DNA of 64,000 nucleotides from Gemmatimonadota bacterium (GTDB lineage Bacteria; Gemmatimonadota; Gemmatimonadetes; Palauibacterales; KS3-K002): NCBI GenBank assembly GCA_039586575.1, contig JBDHKD010000003.1, positions 7,817 to 71,816 of the forward strand, read 5' to 3'. Shown piece by piece: positions 58,312 to 64,000 of this stretch (position 1 is its first letter; each line of letters starts with the position of its first letter). The notes under the pieces were generated by a model. It saw only the letters and a program-made list of their open reading frames with translations, ran no database searches and was not told where the DNA came from. The position numbers and the translations under genes were made by a program.

Positions 58312-59213
58312 TCGTTTGCCCCCCTTCGCGCGTAGACCGATATGGCGAGGCCAGCGAGTATCATCGCACCACCCAGCAGCGTGGTGGCGCCAGGCACCTC
58401 GCTGCCACCGAACAGCCACCAGGCCAACAGGCTGGCGCCGATGGGCTCACCGAGAACGGCCAAGTTGACAATATAGGCGCGCACGTAGCGCAGCGCCCAA
58501 TTAAACCCGGTGTGCCCCAAGAGCATAGGTCCGGCGGCGAGCCCGGCGAATATCCACCATTCGCGGGCCGGGTAGGCGAAGACCACCTCGCCGCGCCAGG
58601 CGATGAACGGCAGGAGGGTGAGCGCGGCGATCCCGTAGACCCAACCGGTGTACGCCCAGATGCCCAGTCGCCGGCGTTGATGCCGTCCGATGACGAAGTA
58701 CCCGGCCACCAGCACGGCTCCCAGCAGCGCCAGCAGGTTGCCCCTCACGGCCTCGGGCCCGAGGGCGAGGCTCGCGCCGCCGATCACCGCGGCACCGGCC
58801 ACGGCGACACCGATCCCAACCCATTCCCTAGTGGCCGGTCGCTCGCGCAACCAGAAGGTCGAGAGCAGCGCGGCAAAGACCGGGTGCATGTTGACGAACA
58901 AAGTGGAGTTGGCGACGGTCGTCAGCTCGAGCGAGACGAAGAAGGAGACGAAGTGGAAGGCAAGCAACAGGCCGGCGGCGGCGAGCAGAAGCAGGTCGGA
59001 CTGGCGAACCGCCAGCATCCGGGACCACTGGCGAGCGAGCGAGAGAGCCACGGCGATGACGGCGAGCGAGAGCGAGAGTCGCCAGAAGGTCAGCACCCAG
59101 GCCGAAGCATCGGACCAGCGCACGAAGATGGCGGCCCAGGAGACGCCGAAGATGGCGAGGGCGATGACGAGCGCGATGGGTACCGGTGGCCGGTGGCCGG
59201 CGTGCGAGTTCAA
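58308..59213 (-). CDS. DMT superfamily (EamA-like) transporter
   Basis: 301 aa, 10 TM, duplicated EamA halves. TTG start. Confidence 0.7.
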   Translation of the reverse strand: MNSHAGHRPPVPIALVIALAIFGVSWAAIFVRWSDASAWVLTFWRLSLSLAVIAVALSLARQWSRMLAVRQSDLLLLAAAGLLLAFHFVSFFVSLELTTVANSTLFVNMHPVFAALLSTFWLRERPATREWVGIGVAVAGAAVIGGASLALGPEAVRGNLLALLGAVLVAGYFVIGRHQRRRLGIWAYTGWVYGIAALTLLPFIAWRGEVVFAYPAREWWIFAGLAAGPMLLGHTGFNWALRYVRAYIVNLAVLGEPIGASLLAWWLFGGSEVPGATTLLGGAMILAGLAISVYARRGAND

Positions 59214-59884
59214 GTTCGTCTTCTCTGGATCTCGTCGAGGAAGCGGGCGCAGGCCGAGTCGGGGAGCAAGTCACGGCGCAACCTCTCGAGATCTTCCGGA
59301 GCGTCGACATCGTACCATTCGGGGATGAGCACGACGTCGAGCTCGACCTGCCGCGCGCGTTCCATAATGGTCTCGCGCACCGCCGCAGTCGACCAGGGGA
59401 TACCGCGGAAGATGACGCGAGCTTCGGGCCAGCTGGCGCGGCGGACCGCGACCGCGTAGTAGCCACCGTCGCGGCTGGGTCCCAGCGTGACATCGGCCTG
59501 GTCGAGGCGCGTCAGTGCTTCGGCGATGTGAACGGGCGGTAGGGTGGGATGGTCGCTGCCGATGACGACCGCCCGTTCGACCGCGCGTGCGAACGTGGAC
59601 TCGAAGGCATGGACGAGCCGCTCGCCGAGGTCGCCACCGACCTGAGGCCGCACGGTGTGCCCCGGATAGAGCGCGCGGACCTCGGCCACGTCGTCATCGT
59701 CACCGTCGACGTGGAGCTCGACCGGTCCGCGATCGGCACGTAGGGCGGCGTCCACCGTGTCGGCCAGCGCGGCGAGGTGGAACTCGGCGGCTTCGTCGGG
59801 CGTGAAGGTGGGAACCAAGCGGGCCTTCACCGCGCCGGGCAACGCCGCCTTGGTGAAGACGATGATGAGCTCGGCATCCGGCAT
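59210..59884 (-). CDS. DUF2064 / TIGR04282-like nucleotidyltransferase-fold (GT-A-like) protein
   Basis: 224 aa from MPDAELIIVFTKAALPGAVKARL. The ORF-track N-terminal extension overlaps TauE and is rejected. Confidence 0.6.
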   Translation of the reverse strand: MPDAELIIVFTKAALPGAVKARLVPTFTPDEAAEFHLAALADTVDAALRADRGPVELHVDGDDDDVAEVRALYPGHTVRPQVGGDLGERLVHAFESTFARAVERAVVIGSDHPTLPPVHIAEALTRLDQADVTLGPSRDGGYYAVAVRRASWPEARVIFRGIPWSTAAVRETIMERARQVELDVVLIPEWYDVDAPEDLERLRRDLLPDSACARFLDEIQRRRT

Positions 59885-60732
59885 CAGCGATCCAGCAGAC
59901 CCAGCAGATTGGCGATGGCGATCCGGGCACCCAGCAGCAGGAAGACGACGGCGAAGAGGAGCCGCAGCGCCCGCGCGGGCATGCGCAGCTGGAGCCCGGT
60001 GCCCAGCGGCACGGCGACCAGCGCGCCCACGGCGAGCGCGAGGGCTGCCGGCAGGTGGAAATACGTGAGCAGGCTCCCACCAGCGGTGGCGGCCAGCCCG
60101 TTGAGAGCGTAGGCGAACACTCCGGTGAGGGCGGTGAACGTGATGAGCGCGAGCGAGGTCCCCGAAACCTTCCGGATGTCCAGGTGGAGGCCGTAAATCA
60201 GGACCGGGATCGCCACCAGACCGCCGCCGACACCCAAGAGCGCCGAAAAGAAGCCGACCGCCGCACCGCCGGCCAGCGCGCGGCCCATCCGCGTACCGTC
60301 GGCAGCCGCTTCCCGACCAGCGCCGGTCGGCCGCTTCCCCACGAACAGGCGGGTCGCCACCACGATCAGGAATATCCCGAAGGCGGTCTTCAACAGCGCG
60401 CCGGGTACCAGGACCGCGACGCGGGCGCCGAGCGCCGCCGTGACTATGCTGGCCAGGCCCATGCGCCACACCGCCCCCCACTCGACCAGGCCGGCCCGAT
60501 GGTAGAGCCAGGCGCCGCGCAGGCTGACCGGCACGATGACGGCGAGGCTGGTGGCGTGGGCGATGACCGCCTGTTGGGCGGTCGGCACGGCGGAGCCGCA
60601 GAGTTCGGGGCGCCCTAAAAAGAAATAGAGGAAGGGGACCATCACGGCCCCTCCCCCTATGCCGACGAGTCCGGAAACTCCACCGGCCAGCAGCCCGACC
60701 AGCAGGGCGACCAGCCAGCCGGGGAACGTCAT
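59884..60732 (-). CDS. sulfite exporter TauE/SafE family membrane protein
   Basis: Duplicated 4-TM halves with GIGGGAVMVPFL / GVGGGLVAIPVL motifs. Confidence 0.75.
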   Translation of the reverse strand: MTFPGWLVALLVGLLAGGVSGLVGIGGGAVMVPFLYFFLGRPELCGSAVPTAQQAVIAHATSLAVIVPVSLRGAWLYHRAGLVEWGAVWRMGLASIVTAALGARVAVLVPGALLKTAFGIFLIVVATRLFVGKRPTGAGREAAADGTRMGRALAGGAAVGFFSALLGVGGGLVAIPVLIYGLHLDIRKVSGTSLALITFTALTGVFAYALNGLAATAGGSLLTYFHLPAALALAVGALVAVPLGTGLQLRMPARALRLLFAVVFLLLGARIAIANLLGLLDR

Positions 60733-60742
60733 TCGGTCTCCT

Positions 60743-62374
60743 TTATTCTCCGCGCACCACCGCCAACTCGTCGCTCTCGTGCTCGGCGGCGAGCCCGAAG
60801 AGCTCACGCTGGGAAGTGGCCTGACTCAAGAGCTCGGCAGCGGCGGCCAGCTGCCGGTCGATCACCAGGCGCCGACGCGTGGCAATCTCATCATCGAAAG
60901 CCACCGTCGCGATCTGGATACCCAGGTTGCGACCGACGAGGCGGCGCGCGCCGTCGTAGACCTGACGATCGACCTCGATGCCGGCATCGATGAGCCAGTC
61001 GAAGAGCTGACCCAGCATCGCCGTGGTAATCTCGAAGTCGGGATTCAGGTCCGGGTGATCGTTCGCGTACTCGACCGCGAAGCGGAACATCGCATCAGAG
61101 TAGGCGGCGGCCTGTTCACCGATCGCGCGACGGAAATCAGCTTCGACGGTGTGCATGGTGTCGGCCCGCAGGATGAGGTCTGGCGTGATACCACCGCCGC
61201 CGTAGACCTCGCGGCCGGCGTCCGTGAAGTAGACCTTCGCTCCGATGCTCGCCGACGGCCCGGTTGTCGAGGCCGCGACCTCACCCTCACCGGCGGAGGC
61301 GATCAACGGGTGCGGCTGTCCATCCTCGCGATGGATCGAGCGCCCGCTCGGCGTGTACCACTTGGCCGTCGTGATTTTCAGGTAATTGCCGCCGGCCAGC
61401 GGGTAGAGCGTCTGCACGGAGCCCTTACCGAAGGTCGGGGTGCCGATCACCAGCGCGCGATCGTGATCCTGGAGCGCGCCGGCCACGATCTCCGAGGCGC
61501 TGGCCGAATACAGGTTGACCAACACGACGACCGGCAAGTCAGGCTCGACCGGCCTGTGCTCGGCGAAGTAGGTCTCGTTCTGGTCGGGAATGCGCGAGCG
61601 GGTCTCGACGACCTCGCTGCCACCGGGCAGGAAGAGGTCGGAGACGGCCACGCCTTCCTCGAGCAGTCCGCCGGGGTTATCCCGCAGGTCGAGGATCAGC
61701 GCCCTCATCCCCTGACTCTTCAGTCTGGCGATCTCCTGGCGGATCTCGTCGGCCGAGCGGGCGCTGAACTGTTGCTGCAGGATGTACCCGATTCCGTCGT
61801 CATACATGAACCCGGTCACGTACTCGACGTGGATATCGTCACGCACGATGCGCACCGGGATCGGCTCCGGAACACCCACGCGGACGATCTTCAGTTCGAC
61901 CGGCGAGCCTTTGGGCCCGCGCAGCACGCGTACCGCTTCGTCCGGCGACCAACCGCTCATGTTGACACCGTCGGCCTCGACCAGCCGGTCACCCGGCTGC
62001 AGGCCCGCCCGATCGGCCGGAGTGTTGGGCAGCGTCTGAACGACGGTTATCCACCCTTCCTTCTCGTCGATGCGAATCCCCAGGCCGCCGTAGTTGCCGG
62101 TCGTGGTCAGCCGCAGATCGGAATAGTCCTCAGGCCGCAAGATCGTCGTATGGGGATCCAGGTGATCGAGGAGCCCTTCGACGGCCATGTCGTAGAGGTC
62201 GGCCGGGTCCAGCGGTTCGACGTAGCGGTCGGAAACGACCCGGATCACATCCTGGAGGATCCTGGACTGGAGATAGACGTTGCCCTGCCCACCTTGCTGA
62301 AGCAGCCAACCGCCGCTGACGATCGCGATCAGACCGACGGCCGCCGGCATCCAGAAAGACTTCTTCAACCGCAT
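60743..62374 (-). CDS. ctpA: carboxyl-terminal processing protease (S41)
   Basis: PDZ domain, then GLILDLRDNPGG and ASASEI...TFGKGSVQ S41 motifs. Start at MRLKKSFWMPAAVGLIAI (signal anchor). Confidence 0.85.
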   Translation of the reverse strand: MRLKKSFWMPAAVGLIAIVSGGWLLQQGGQGNVYLQSRILQDVIRVVSDRYVEPLDPADLYDMAVEGLLDHLDPHTTILRPEDYSDLRLTTTGNYGGLGIRIDEKEGWITVVQTLPNTPADRAGLQPGDRLVEADGVNMSGWSPDEAVRVLRGPKGSPVELKIVRVGVPEPIPVRIVRDDIHVEYVTGFMYDDGIGYILQQQFSARSADEIRQEIARLKSQGMRALILDLRDNPGGLLEEGVAVSDLFLPGGSEVVETRSRIPDQNETYFAEHRPVEPDLPVVVLVNLYSASASEIVAGALQDHDRALVIGTPTFGKGSVQTLYPLAGGNYLKITTAKWYTPSGRSIHREDGQPHPLIASAGEGEVAASTTGPSASIGAKVYFTDAGREVYGGGGITPDLILRADTMHTVEADFRRAIGEQAAAYSDAMFRFAVEYANDHPDLNPDFEITTAMLGQLFDWLIDAGIEVDRQVYDGARRLVGRNLGIQIATVAFDDEIATRRRLVIDRQLAAAAELLSQATSQRELFGLAAEHESDELAVVRGE

Positions 62375-62426
62375 GACTCCTCCGGATTTAGCTGATTTGG
62401 GAGAACGCCAACCCGACGCCCTACTT

Positions 62427-63071
62427 CTAACACCGACGCGGCGGGAAAGTTTCAGGAAAGCGGGTGGACAGGACCCCCCATACGCCTTCGAACACTTGTT
62501 CAATCTCTCCACGACCGTCCACCAGCGCAACAGTGGGCCGCTCGCGGGCCAACGACCGATAGGCCTCGGCCACCCGCCGATGGAAGTCCAGGTCCTCGCC
62601 CTCGATCCGATCGGCGGTGCGCTTGGCCTGGCGGCCGCGCCCCAGATCGACCTCGACGTCGAGAATGATCGAGAGGTCCGGGCTCAGACCGCCGGTCGCC
62701 AGAGCGTTGACATCCATGACCGTCTCCAGCGGCAGGCCGCGACCGCCACCCTGGTAGGCGAAAGTGGAGAGCTCGTACCGGTCGGTAAGCACAACGCGCC
62801 CGGCCTCCAGCGCGGGACGCACCACCTCGCGCACGAATGCCGAGCGCGCCGCCAGCATGAGCATCAATTCGGCCACCGGATCGAGCTCGAGGTCGCGATC
62901 GAGCGCGACCGCCCGGATCGCCTCGCCGACCCGCGTGCCACCCGGCTCGCGGGTGACGACCGGCTCGATCCCGGTTGCCTCGAGGGCGCCGGCGACCCGC
63001 TGGATCTGCGTGCTCTTCCCGGCTCCCTCGACGCCCTCGAAGGCGATGAAGAGGGCGCCGGGCTGGCTCAG
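62427..63071 (-). CDS. tmk: thymidylate kinase, start codon unresolved
   Basis: Frame extends upstream of the ORF-track GTG (62876) through FIAFEGVEGAGKSTQ (P-loop) to a stop at 63141-63143. No ATG, GTG or TTG in that stretch. CTG 63069-63071 proposed. Confidence 0.6.
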   Translation of the reverse strand: MSQPGALFIAFEGVEGAGKSTQIQRVAGALEATGIEPVVTREPGGTRVGEAIRAVALDRDLELDPVAELMLMLAARSAFVREVVRPALEAGRVVLTDRYELSTFAYQGGGRGLPLETVMDVNALATGGLSPDLSIILDVEVDLGRGRQAKRTADRIEGEDLDFHRRVAEAYRSLARERPTVALVDGRGEIEQVFEGVWGVLSTRFPETFPPRRC

Positions 63072-63075
63072 CGAA

Positions 63076-64000
63076 TCAGACGTCCCTGTAGTAGTCGTCG
63101 TAGTACTCCGTACCCAGGTGAGTGATCGGCGGCTCGCCCATCAGCCACCTGAGCGTGTTCTTCAGCTTCGTGAGCTGGATGAAGAGGTCGTGCTCGGGGT
63201 ACAGCTCGGGCGCGGTCATCGGGCTCTTGAAATAGAACGACAGCCACTCCTGGATGCCGCTCATGCCGGCACGCTGCGCCAGGTCGAAGAAGAGCGCCAG
63301 GTCGAGAACGATGGGCGCGGCCAGGATCGAGTCGCGGCAGAGGAAGTCGATCTTGATCTGCATTGGGTAGCCGAGCCACCCAACGACGTCGATGTTGTCC
63401 CAACCCTCTTTATTGTCGCCGCGCGGCGGATAGTAGTTGATCCTGACCTTGTGGTAGAGGTCGCCGTAGAGCTCGGGGTAGAGCTTCGGCTGCAGGATGT
63501 ACTCCAGCACGCCGAGCTTCGACTCTTCTTTCGTCTTGAAGCTCTCGGGATCGTCCAGCACCTCGCCGTCCCGGTTGCCCAGAATGTTGGTGGAGAACCA
63601 GCCGCTCAACCCGAGCATGCGCGCCTTGAACCCCGGAGCGAGGATGGTCTTCATCAGGGTCTGGCCGGTCTTGAAGTCCTTGCCGCCGATGGCGACCCGC
63701 TTCTCCCGGGCGAGTGTGTAGAGCGCCGGGATGTCGGCGGTCAGGTTCGGCGCGCCGTTGGCGAAGGGTACGTTCTCCATGATCGAGGCATAGGCGTAGA
63801 TCATCGACGGGGCGATGCCCGGATCGTCGCTCTCCAGCCCCTTCTCGAACGCCTCGATCGACTGGTGCACCGGTCCGGGCTTCAGGAACACCTCGGTCGA
63901 GGCGCACCAGACCGTGACGAGCCGGTCGCACCCGTTCTCGTCCTTGAAGCGCCGGATGTCCGCGCGCAGTTGTTCAGCGAGCTCCTTCTTGTTCTTGCCT
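63076..64000 (-). CDS. myo-inositol-1-phosphate synthase, C-terminal part (5' end beyond window)
   Basis: The frame continues upstream of the ORF-track Met to the window edge. LAPGFKARMLGLSGWFSTNILGNRDG matches the MIPS family. Confidence 0.7.
   Translation of the reverse strand, partial: GKNKKELAEQLRADIRRFKDENGCDRLVTVWCASTEVFLKPGPVHQSIEAFEKGLESDDPGIAPSMIYAYASIMENVPFANGAPNLTADIPALYTLAREKRVAIGGKDFKTGQTLMKTILAPGFKARMLGLSGWFSTNILGNRDGEVLDDPESFKTKEESKLGVLEYILQPKLYPELYGDLYHKVRINYYPPRGDNKEGWDNIDVVGWLGYPMQIKIDFLCRDSILAAPIVLDLALFFDLAQRAGMSGIQEWLSFYFKSPMTAPELYPEHDLFIQLTKLKNTLRWLMGEPPITHLGTEYYDDYYRDV

Overview
This is a 64 kb, roughly 70% GC bacterial chromosomal segment, densely coded with about 65 genes, two thirds of them on the minus strand. 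I found no rRNA, tRNA, CRISPR array, transposase or integrase. The taxonomic flavour is Gemmatimonadota/Acidobacteriota-like; this is inference from the high GC, the three large duplicated FtsX-type ADOP permeases and the TPR proteins with a TolB-N-like domain.

Housekeeping genes recognised by hand from the ORF translations: plsC (partial), thiL, nnr, glyA, leucine dehydrogenase, hbd, thiolase, bioY, rsmA/ksgA, pta, coaD, rsmD, recJ, dnaG, mutS2, dnaJ, dprA, obg, ctpA, tmk and a partial myo-inositol-1-phosphate synthase.

Accessory or unusual content:
- A partner-switching module: a STAS anti-sigma antagonist followed by one 800 aa protein that fuses a receiver-like domain, an RsbW-type HATPase kinase, a GAF domain and an RsbU/SpoIIE-type PP2C phosphatase.
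- A PadR regulator coupled to a HAAS/DUF1700-like membrane protein, with a near-consensus promoter and operator repeats.
- Three orphan ADOP permeases with no adjacent ATPase, plus a 36-codon N-terminal permease stub.
- Two tandem TPR/TolB-N-like paralogs, plus a stub of their N-terminal motif.
- A pgsB-pgsC-accessory cluster co-linear with obg.
- A five-gene cluster: secreted C69 dipeptidase, AstE/AspA deacylase, 53 aa membrane protein, DctM-like permease, small secreted protein.
- An exact 15-mer (ACTGACCTACTGACC) embedded in GTCAGT-repeat elements upstream of both glyA and hbd.
- A threefold 16-bp G/C-rich tandem repeat with an inverted partner next to glyA.
- An acyl-CoA dehydrogenase pseudogene carrying a 23-bp tandem duplication, an in-frame stop and a deletion of about 150 bp.
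- A tmk whose only usable start codons lie downstream of its P-loop.

All functional calls are motif recognition from the translations; no database search was run. Many ORFs in the six-frame track are antisense or frame artefacts of the high GC content and were rejected.
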